A DNA stretch of 64,000 bases, from contig OZ253580.1 of assembly GCA_965263035.1 (NCBI GenBank), positions 5,984,001 through 6,048,000 on the forward strand, read 5' to 3'. Within the stretch, counting starts at the first letter, position 1. The number at the start of each line of letters is the position of its first letter. Made by a program: the position numbers and the translations under genes. The notes under the pieces are model-generated. The model had not been told where the DNA came from. It did no database searches and saw only the letters and a list, made by a program, of their open reading frames with translations. The DNA is from Acidobacteriota bacterium (GTDB lineage Bacteria > Acidobacteriota > UBA6911 > RPQK01 > JAJDTT01). Shown here piece after piece: positions 38,194-46,339 of this stretch.

Positions 38194-40569
38194 ATGACCA
38201 CCTTTGAACACACCGAAGACAACATCGTGTTTCGGTGCCGCTCCGGCTCGTGGGGAGGCCGATTTTTCCGAACGAGCATATTGCAAGACAAACTCGTCTC
38301 TTTCGTTTTGTCCTCGGCAGTGGGGTGCCTCACGGTCGTCTTGCTGCTGGCGGCGGCGCCCCCTTTGCAAGCCTGCGACGATGGTTGGACGGTGCCGGAT
38401 CCCGAGAACAATTCCGGTCTGGTGGAGGACTGTAGAGTCCTTCTGGCTATACGCGATGACTTGGCCGGGACCGGCTTCTTGAACTGGGAGTTTGGTTTGC
38501 CCATCGACCGCTGGGGCGGTATCCGCGTCTCGGCATCTCCCAGCCGCGTGCGGCAGTTGGTCCTGTTTGGAGACGACCTGTCAGGGTCGATCCCGTCGGG
38601 ACTGGGTCGGCTGTCCCAACTGCAGACGTTAAGGCTCCTTAGCCGGCAACTGATGGGGCCGATCCCACCGGAATTGGGACAATTGTCGCATCTGGAGGAG
38701 TTGAGCCTCTCTGGCGACCGGCTGGGAACGATTCCTGCCGAGTTGGGGCAGCTCTCCCGCCTTCGTCGGTTGGGACTCGTCGGCAATCAGCTGACGGGTC
38801 CGATCCCCGCCGAGTTGGGTCAACTGTCCAATCTCCGTCGGTTGCATCTTCAGAACAACGAATTGACAGGCCCAATTCCGGCCGAACTGGGCCAACTATC
38901 TCAGTTGGAGGCGATGTCGCTTGACCACAACAAACTGACGGGTCCGATCCCCGTCGAGTTGGGACAGCTGTCCCAGTTGGGCGAAGGGTTGCATCTCCAG
39001 AACAATCAACTGACGGGGCAGATTCCGGGCGAACTGGGTCGACTGTCTCAACTTTGGGGGGAATTGGATCTACGGAACAACCAGCTAGCGGGTCCGATTC
39101 CCGCCGAGTTGGGTCAACTGTCCCAGCTGACACGCTTGTACCTTCAAGACAACCAGCTGACCGGATCGATCCCGCCGGAACTGGGACAAATGTCCCGGTT
39201 GCTGGAGTTGTATCTCCACAACAACAAACTGACGGGTCCGATTCCCGCCGAACTGGGAAAACTCTCCCGGCTGTGGCGCCTGCACCTGCAGAACAACGAG
39301 TTGACAGGATCGGTTCCGGCCGAACTAGGGCAACTCTCCGAGTTGCAGGAGTTCGGTTTCCGGGGCAATCGGCTGACGGGATCGGTTCCCACCGAGTTGA
39401 GTCATTTGCCCGATGTGTACGTATTGAACTTGCACGCGCGCCGGACCACCCCAGAACAGATTAAGGTCACCTGGGACGATCCGGGTGACCCCAGCACCGA
39501 TTACGAGTACCGGCTCGTGCTGCGGGATGAGAACCTGAACTATACGGTGACAGACTGGACCGAAATTGAAGATCCAGAGGCGACACTGGGTGGGGGCGAA
39601 GGGGTCACCATCGAATGGACTTTGACCAACCTGCCAGCCGAACTCGATGTCGTCTCGGTCCGTTTGAGGGCGAAGAACGAGAACGGTCCAAGTCCGCCAG
39701 CATCGGCTCCAATAGAACCCTTCCAGGTTTCCGAGGATGTGGATCTACCCTACTGCCGTTCGCTGTGGCCGGGACGGGCGCGTTGCACCACCACTACAGT
39801 CCTGCCTCACGTCTTCATGGGCCCTCTCGGCGAGGATGAGGCCCGAGCCGAAATCCTCATTACCAACCGCAGCGGGTTTGTAGCTTGCGACCTGGCGCTG
39901 CTCTTTCACCAGGGAACTTCCGAAGCTCCGCAGGTATTGTTCGACAACGAGCCGCTCGAGGGGAACCTGTTCGAGACCAACCTTTCCAGGGGAGCTGCAC
40001 GGATCCTGACCTTGACGTCGGATTCGGAAGAGCTGGTGGTCGGGGCGGTCTCGGTCTTCGTCCGCGTTCCCTGCTCGATCACCTCGTTCCAGGTTCGGGG
40101 ACGTTACCTCGTAGAAGATCGGATGAGCGGAGATATCCAAGAGCTCTTTTCCGTTTCCGGCCAGTCTCCGCGGGAGTGGCTCGGAAATGGGGATTGTCAA
40201 GTCTTGACCGGAGCCTTCGGCCCGGGACGCAATCTCGGTTTTGCCTCGGTGACGACCGAACCGAATCAGGGTGCTCCGGCGGGGACCCAACTCCATTTCC
40301 AGGCCTTCGATCTGGAGGGGAACCCCATGGACGACCCACCCAGCATGGAGATCACCGGCGCACAGACCGCCTCCTTTCCCTGGAGCTTCCAGGAACCCAC
40401 CATCCTCAAGATGTGCCTGGAGGTTCCGGAGCCGGACAGTCAATTCCAGCTCTCGACCATCGCCATCGGCGTCGTCCAGAAGGGGAACAACGTGCAATGG
40501 AGTGATGAACCCGCCGTCGAAGTCACGCCAGCAGGTCAACCCTCGGGCTGGCCGGACACCCGGCCCTGA
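38194..40569 (+). CDS. Secreted leucine-rich repeat protein with FN3-like and C-terminal beta domain
   Basis: LRRNT (GLVEDCRVLLAIRD...W.G); about 12 LxLxxNxLTGPIPAELGQL repeats; VTW...YEYR...LRAKNENG FN3-like segment. Confidence 0.9.
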   Translation: MTTFEHTEDNIVFRCRSGSWGGRFFRTSILQDKLVSFVLSSAVGCLTVVLLLAAAPPLQACDDGWTVPDPENNSGLVEDCRVLLAIRDDLAGTGFLNWEFGLPIDRWGGIRVSASPSRVRQLVLFGDDLSGSIPSGLGRLSQLQTLRLLSRQLMGPIPPELGQLSHLEELSLSGDRLGTIPAELGQLSRLRRLGLVGNQLTGPIPAELGQLSNLRRLHLQNNELTGPIPAELGQLSQLEAMSLDHNKLTGPIPVELGQLSQLGEGLHLQNNQLTGQIPGELGRLSQLWGELDLRNNQLAGPIPAELGQLSQLTRLYLQDNQLTGSIPPELGQMSRLLELYLHNNKLTGPIPAELGKLSRLWRLHLQNNELTGSVPAELGQLSELQEFGFRGNRLTGSVPTELSHLPDVYVLNLHARRTTPEQIKVTWDDPGDPSTDYEYRLVLRDENLNYTVTDWTEIEDPEATLGGGEGVTIEWTLTNLPAELDVVSVRLRAKNENGPSPPASAPIEPFQVSEDVDLPYCRSLWPGRARCTTTTVLPHVFMGPLGEDEARAEILITNRSGFVACDLALLFHQGTSEAPQVLFDNEPLEGNLFETNLSRGAARILTLTSDSEELVVGAVSVFVRVPCSITSFQVRGRYLVEDRMSGDIQELFSVSGQSPREWLGNGDCQVLTGAFGPGRNLGFASVTTEPNQGAPAGTQLHFQAFDLEGNPMDDPPSMEITGAQTASFPWSFQEPTILKMCLEVPEPDSQFQLSTIAIGVVQKGNNVQWSDEPAVEVTPAGQPSGWPDTRP

Positions 40570-40587
40570 GAGCCACCCCCGACCTGG

Positions 40588-40615
40588 TGAGCCCATTCCA
40601 GCGGAAAAATCACAT
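40588..40615 (+). promoter_or_regulatory. TGAGCC-N17-CACAT promoter-like motif
   Basis: TGAGCC cattccagcggaaaaat CACAT. Confidence 0.65.
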
Positions 40616-40659
40616 TTACTGCTGCTAGGACGATCCAAACCATGAAGGGGGTACACGCC

Positions 40660-41115
40660 ATGAGAGGTCTGACGATTGAGAGTCAAGGATGGCTCAGGAT
40701 AACCACAGCGATGGGAGTGATCTCCTTGCTGCTAGCGCCAGTCACGACCGACCTATTCTGTGCTCCCCGGACAGAGAAGTTCGGGTCGGCGATTTATCGA
40801 AAAATGGTGTGGAACGAACTTCCCGCCTTTCTCGAAGGAGAAAAGAAGGTCACCATCGTGCTCGCCGAGGGGGGCGCAGTCCGCGGCGACGTGGCCGGGG
40901 TGCCGGACAATGGCATCCATCTCAGTCGCGTTTCAATGACTACCAACGGGTGGCTCTACCCGACGGGTTCGGACGCTTTGATCCCCAGATCCTCGGTCAA
41001 AGAAATACGTGTGGAGAAACGCGGTGGGCTTAATCGCGTCGGGGGTGCTGTTCTGGGCTACCGGATGGGCAAACGCGCGGATGTCGAGACCACCATCATC
41101 ATGATCGTGGACTGA
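40660..41115 (+). CDS. Secreted protein family member 2 (shortened Gly-rich region)
   Basis: Signal peptide; KVTIVLAEGGAVRG...IPRSSVKEIRV; ends GGAVLGYRMGKRAD. Confidence 0.7.
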   Translation: MRGLTIESQGWLRITTAMGVISLLLAPVTTDLFCAPRTEKFGSAIYRKMVWNELPAFLEGEKKVTIVLAEGGAVRGDVAGVPDNGIHLSRVSMTTNGWLYPTGSDALIPRSSVKEIRVEKRGGLNRVGGAVLGYRMGKRADVETTIIMIVD

Positions 41116-41199
41116 TTCCCCAAGGTATCGAGAATAGCTTGGAAGACGACCGCTCGCCGGAACCCCTCAGCAAGCTGAAAATGGCGATCCTCTGGGTAA

Positions 41200-41225
41200 C
41201 GTCTGTTAACTGAAATTAACGGACG
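41200..41225. other. Putative recombinase crossover site, type B (copy 1)
   Basis: CGTCTGTTAA-CTGAAA-TTAACGGACG: 10-bp arms (1 mismatch), same spacer as the 45677 site. Confidence 0.6.
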
Positions 41226-41464
41226 ATCTCTGGAAAAAGGGAGGATCCCGGGGCGTGCAAATCAGTCGCAAATCTCCCGGAAACACGGTTTAAGAGAATA
41301 CCACCAAGACCCTTCATGAGGGCTCGGGGTACGAAAATTGCACTTTATTGGACTCTGATACCATCCCACAGAGTCGCCGCCGCAGTTGAGATGATCCAGC
41401 ACGAGGCGGATTCTGTCCTGGCCCATGACTCCGGGAAGGGATAAAGTGGGGAGGGAGAGAACGC

Positions 41465-41749
41465 ATGTCCAACGAACAACTCCTGACCATCGTCGCTTCC
41501 ATTGCGAGCGCCACCATCGCTCTCGGTGGTCTCATCCTGGCCCAATCACGCACGATCCGTTCTGAGCTTCGAGAAGCGGCTCGGGAACGCGCTGCTCTCC
41601 GGGACCGCATGGATACCCAGATCGGAGATCTCCGGGACCGCATGGATACTCAGATCGGAGATCTCCGGGACCGCATGGGGCGGATCGAGGGAACGCTCGA
41701 CGTGCTCCGGGAGTTCTTCGTGGGGTCCGGCCGCGGCACCGCCGCTTGA
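41465..41749 (+). CDS. Small membrane-anchored coiled-coil protein with 11-aa tandem repeat
   Basis: N-terminal TM helix; 33-bp repeat x2.5 (41597-41678, LRDRMDTQIGD); RBS GGAGAG. Confidence 0.75.
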   Translation: MSNEQLLTIVASIASATIALGGLILAQSRTIRSELREAARERAALRDRMDTQIGDLRDRMDTQIGDLRDRMGRIEGTLDVLREFFVGSGRGTAA

Positions 41750-41780
41750 CCCGTCCTTGCACCTTGCACAACACGCGTGT

Positions 41781-42301
41781 TCATGTCGACCACGCGTTAT
41801 AGACCTTCTGCAATTCTTCGATCCAACACTTATCCTCATCGATCGTATCGCGTCCCCGCGACCGGGCTAGGAAATTGATCTACTGCGAAAGCGGTAGAAT
41901 CGGTCCATATTCCCCCGATTTCTCGGCGAATAGAACAACTATGCACCTCCAAATCGAGAAAATCTGGCCTCGATTCCCCACTTTCTCGCTACGATCATTT
42001 CTACCGCGCAGACTCCTAGCGTGAAGAAACCGGGTCCGGGTATCCGGTCACCCTTGTGCACGACCACGGCGGTGAGCATCCCTCGTCCTGCTTCATCCTC
42101 TTCAGTCGAGATATCCCCGAGCATCCGCGCCAAGCGGGGGTCATGGGGTTCGAGAATGCAACTCGTAATGCTGTGCACGAGGTCTGAATAAGCAATCGTG
42201 TCCCGCTGGCGGGACACGGCAATCATGGCTTTGCGGGCTTCTTCCTTGGCGGCGTTCCAGGCGATTTGAGTAAATCCGTGATTGAAGGTTTCACGCTTCA
42301 T
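41781..42301 (-). pseudogene. Small hypothetical protein translationally coupled to the MTase, interrupted by a 145-bp insertion
   Basis: Removing 41871-42019 restores ...PGPGFFTLARSRGRDTIDEDKCWIEELQKVYNAWST-stop (123 aa). Confidence 0.75.
41871..42015. mobile_element. 145-bp MITE-like insertion with CTAG duplication
   Basis: CTAG at 41867-41870 and 42016-42019; subterminal inverted GCGGTAGAA / TTCTACCGC; removal restores the frame. Confidence 0.7.
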
Positions 42302-43926
42302 GTGTTTCTCGCCCGTGTTCCACGCTCCAGACGGTAGAGGTTAAGTTCCAGCAACTCGCAGCGGACGTCGTCGTCAGTGATGTCAGCACGCCATCCATAG
42401 GCATCCGCAACCGCAGAGTCGAGCGTTGCGTGGGCGTCGGCGAGCCACTGTGGCCGGGCGTTGTAGAGATTCGTCAGCGTGCGCTTCTTGAGTTCCTTCG
42501 CCGCTGTTTCGTTGCGAGGAACGGGACGCTTCGGATAACCGGGAACCGGCTCGTCCACCCATTCGACCCATTCCGATGGGTTTAGCCAGCGGTCGCGACG
42601 CTCGACTAGTTTCTGCGCCGCTTCCGCAATGGTGACGGCGTGCGGATCGTCCGCATAGTCGGCGGAGGGAATGTCCGGAGATAGCCCCTCCGGGAAGGGG
42701 AAGGGCTCGAAAGTCGTGGTCGGGGTGTAGCGCGGATCATTGCCCTTGCCGACCGACGTCCCAAGCCGAAGAGACCAGATCTCGTGGAACCGGCTATGCA
42801 GGATGCCGAAGGTTGTGTCATCGTCGCGCGCGATGATGATCAATTGGTGATCGGGACAGATACGTGTGTCAAGCCACGAGAACACGCGATGCTTCGCGAC
42901 GGTTGGCGTAACGATGCAGCGCGAGCGCCCGGCGAGCACGGCCCACATGCCCTGTCTCGGCTCCACGTGGCGCCACCAGTACTCACGATACGTTTTCCGC
43001 CGATTCCGCTGGCGCATCGGGTAGACACGTTCCTGCACTCGTCGGAACGGCTCTTCGTATAGCGCCGCATCACCTTCCGGCATCGTCCACCCGAAGTCGA
43101 CGATCCACTTCCCCGCCGGCCGCTGGGTCACGTCCCTCCCGTTCACCCACGGCTTCAGGACATCGGCGTTCGTGCGGCCGTTCGGGTTCGCTGGCAGACG
43201 GAGCCACTCACGAGCCTGATCACCCGCAATGTCGAAGGGACCACCCTTCGTGTCGCCCATGAACGCGACGTTAGCATTCTCCGCAAGACGGCCGGCACTC
43301 GTCAGATCGACGCCAGCACCACCGCGGCGCGCTGTCAGGTCCGCATAGACCTCGTCGACAGCCTGGCCATCGAGCCAAATTCCAGCCAGGGATTCGTCGC
43401 CGGCACGCGAGAAGCAAACCGGTGACACCCGCACGGCCGCTCCGTCGACGACCCATGGCTCGTCGCTCCACGCCTCGAAGATCGACCGATTGTGCGTCGC
43501 GGTCGTTAGCATACGGCGGTTCGCTCCACCCCGGATGGAGTTGGTTGCAACAAGCCCGACCCGCTTCGCCTTGCCGGATGCAATCTGCTGGCCCGCCTTC
43601 TCGAACCAGTAGCAGACCAAGTCGGCTTCCGCCGGTACACGGCCAGCGTAGGTCGCGAACATCCGCGACACGTAGCCCTCGCCCAAGTGCGTAATCAGGA
43701 GCTTGCCGCCCAGAAACGGCGGGTTGCCGATGATGACATCGGCATCAGGCCAGTCTGGCTCGGTTCCGTCCGGCGCAAGGATCGCGTCTCGGCACTCGAT
43801 CGTGTCAAGCGGCTTCAGGATCGGGTCACGCGCCTCCGCGAAACCATTGCGCCGCATCCACTGGATCTCGCCGATCCAGACCGACACCCGCGCAAGCTCC
43901 GCCGCGTAGGGGTTGATTTCAAGCCC
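42298..43926 (-). pseudogene. Type IIL/IIG (MmeI-like) DNA methyltransferase-TRD, 5' half deleted
   Basis: GLEINPYAAELA, VIIGNPPFLG (motif IV), ADLVCYWFEKA, TNSIRGG, RYTPTTTFEPFPFP, RTLTNLYN. Upstream of GLEIN the sequence switches to the duplicated 29131 segment. Confidence 0.88.
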
Positions 43927-44205
43927 CTGACCTCCAAGGGGAGCAACCTGGTGCTCAACTTCGCCACCTCGGCGGCGGGGAGCATCCACATCGAGATCCA
44001 GGACGAAGCGGGACGGCCGCTTCCCGGCTTCGCACTGGAGGAATCGCCGCTGGTCTGGGGAGACGACATCGAGCACACCGTCCGCTGGGAGCGGTCCCAC
44101 GCCGGGGCGACGTCGAAAGAGCCGTTGAAGCGGATCGCGGGCAAACCGGTGCGCTTGCGTCTGGTGATGAAGGACGCCGACCTGTTTTCGCTACGGTTTC
44201 AGTGA
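43921..44205 (+). repeat. Copy 2 of the 27901 gene 3' end
   Basis: KPLTSKGSNLVLNFATS...DADLFSLRFQ-stop; about 92% identical to 29131-29415. Confidence 0.92.
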
Positions 44206-44478
44206 CCGGGTTGCGCATGGCCTGCCGGTAGATGCGCGGCCAAATGCGCTGGACTTGCATCTGTATTGGATCGCAGCAATTCTGAAATTCCTAGGCTGGG
44301 TGAAGATGCGGGTATTACCCGCCCCGTATTCTAGATTGAGAGCTGGGCGAATTAGGAACTTACAGCACTCTATACAGGTGGTTGTGCTGCGCATATGAAG
44401 GGGCTCGAACGGTCGCTTCCGGAACTGCTTGCTCCGGCGAGTCTTATTGTTCGAGGTTGCGATCCTCGGTGCCTCTAC

Positions 44479-44508
44479 AGAATACGATAATATACTTTAT
44501 CGTATTCT
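44479..44508. other. Putative recombinase crossover site, type A (copy 2)
   Basis: AGAATACGATAA-TATACT-TTATCGTATTCT: perfect 12-bp arms, 6-bp spacer. Confidence 0.75.
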
Positions 44509-44576
44509 AACCCCCGCCCCTGATCTCTGATTTCTGCGCCGGCCGGGACACTCGAGCTCCTCTTTTTTCAATCCGG

Positions 44577-44604
44577 TGAGCCCATCCCGGAGAGAAAATC
44601 ACAT
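44577..44604 (+). promoter_or_regulatory. TGAGCC-N17-CACAT promoter-like motif
   Basis: TGAGCC catcccggagagaaaat CACAT. Confidence 0.65.
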
Positions 44605-44647
44605 TTACCCCTGACGGGATCATCCCAACCCGGAGGAGGTCGATGCC

Positions 44648-45241
44648 ATGAGACGCCGGACCAACAAGAGCGGAGGTGGGATCAAGAACATCACCGCGAC
44701 GGGACTCGTCCCCCTGCTGCTTCTCGCGAGTATGCCAGGCTGCGGCGGGTGGTCCGTGGATCCCATGCCCACTTGGCCCAAGGTCCAAGGTGTGAAGCCG
44801 GGTACCAAGACTGAGGTTCAACTGTATAAAGATAAAGCGCCCCAAGGAAGGCAGAAGATCAAGGGGCGGTTCCTATCGGCTACGGACGACTCTGTCACGC
44901 TGGAACTCACCGAGCGCATCCACACGGATCTGAGAACCCGCACGTTGCAGAAGTCGGATGTGCGCAAGGTGCTGACCCATCGCCCGTTCTTGAAGCGATG
45001 GCCCGGATGGGCCACCATTTTGGTTTCCTCTGGTGTGGGTGCACTGGTTCCCATCAGCAATGATAAGACGCGAGCAGAAGGTTTTCTCACCAACTTCATT
45101 CTGTCCATCCCACTTTCGATCCCGTTCTTCATTGGATCACGCATGGGACGAATCTACGAGGTTCCACCCCAGCACAGAGATTCAGAGTGGTGGGATGGCT
45201 CGCCGGCGATCAAGGCGAAGAAGCTGACCCCTTCCAAATGA
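44648..45241 (+). CDS. Probable lipoprotein, secreted protein family member 3
   Basis: RBS GGAGGAGG; LLLLASMPGC; KIKGRFLSATDDSVTL...VRKV; hydrophobic hairpin ending FFIGSRMG. Confidence 0.72.
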   Translation: MRRRTNKSGGGIKNITATGLVPLLLLASMPGCGGWSVDPMPTWPKVQGVKPGTKTEVQLYKDKAPQGRQKIKGRFLSATDDSVTLELTERIHTDLRTRTLQKSDVRKVLTHRPFLKRWPGWATILVSSGVGALVPISNDKTRAEGFLTNFILSIPLSIPFFIGSRMGRIYEVPPQHRDSEWWDGSPAIKAKKLTPSK

Positions 45242-45676
45242 TTCGGAACTCCAGACACCGTGACCATTCCCGGTCTCGGTGAGCCGCCGCCGAGAACGGG
45301 CCGCAACGGCACGGTCCAAGCGTCGAAGCGGAGCGTCTCTTCCGGGGTCTTCACAGCGGCCTTCCCGCAGGGATCAATGAGAAGTGAGCGCCCCCCCCCG
45401 CATGGCAAGAGTGTGTTACACGGACGGGCCTGGCGTGAAGTGCGAGGCACGAAATAAGGGGGGTCGCTCACTTCTCCTTCCTTATTCCCCGTCCCTCCCC
45501 AAGTCCTCTGGGAGGAAGGGGGGAACTCGAAGGGGCTCAACAAGATGGGGGAAAGGGACCTCGGTACACTAGGGAGCCCCAAAATGGTACCCACCCCCCA
45601 TTGTGCGTGTACCAAACTGAGAGTGCTCCGCCTATAAGACCCCGAAGACGGTACACAGGCGGGGATCTTCTGGACA

Positions 45677-45704
45677 ACATCCGTTAACTGAAATTAACGG
45701 ATGT
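45677..45704. other. Putative recombinase crossover site, type B (copy 2)
   Basis: ACATCCGTTAA-CTGAAA-TTAACGGATGT: perfect 11-bp arms, 6-bp spacer. Confidence 0.68.
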
Positions 45705-45774
45705 AGACTGCTCACACTTGATTCAGACTCTGCGCCGTCCGTGCGCTTTCCCGTCCGCTTCTGTCCCAATCCGG

Positions 45775-45802
45775 TGAGCTCCTGCCGGTGGAAAAATCAC
45801 AT
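45775..45802 (+). promoter_or_regulatory. TGAGCT-N17-CACAT promoter-like motif (no intact downstream gene)
   Basis: TGAGCT cctgccggtggaaaaat CACAT, followed by the third copy of the 27901 3' end. Confidence 0.6.
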
Positions 45803-45829
45803 CTGTTTGTACCGTGTCGGACGAAGAGT

Positions 45830-45922
45830 TCGGAGGAACCCTTGAAGCGAATCGCGGGCAAACCGGTGCGGCTGCGTTTAGTGATGAAGGACGCCGATCT
45901 CTTTTCGTTGCGGTTCCGGTGA
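45830..45922 (+). repeat. Copy 3 of the 27901 gene 3' end
   Basis: Encodes SEEPLKRIAGKPVRLRLVMKDADLFSLRFR-stop. Confidence 0.88.
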
Positions 45923-46339
45923 AGTCGGTGGCGCCAGCCCGATCGCCCTATTCGGTGTCACAGGCGCCAGATGCGCAGTTGAATCCGAGAACGGCGATCC
46001 TGAATGGCCTACCAGGCGCGGCCACCGAAACTGCACCAAGCTTGGCGCACTAGTCCGAAGTTTCAGAGGTAAAGGCAAGTAACTCTCTCATTTGGAACGC
46101 CTTATATATTTTCCTCCCATAGTCTGTCTCGCTCCACCAGGGCGTCACTCCCAACTTTTGGAATGCCCGTCGCTGCAATTCGGTGGGCTGCGTCTTGAGC
46201 ACAAGGGTGTCCTCACGATCCTTTATCTTTGGCGTATTCTGAGCCAGCGTGCCGAGATCCTGCAGTGGCGTGCGGAAGCTGTGGACGGGGAGGTCGTCCG
46301 ATCATTCGACCTTCGTTTGGAGGACCGGAGAGATCCGGG

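Noticed and set aside
43921-44205. Possible DGR template/variable repeat pair with 29131-29415
   Set aside because: Differences are mostly synonymous and not adenine-specific; no reverse transcriptase in the window.
43687-44205. ORF 43687-44205 as a real gene
   Set aside because: Chimera of antisense MTase sequence and the duplicated host-gene 3' end.
44479-44508. Chromosomal dif site
   Set aside because: Arms are fully symmetric, lack the XerD TTATGT(A/T)AA arm, and the site occurs in several copies.
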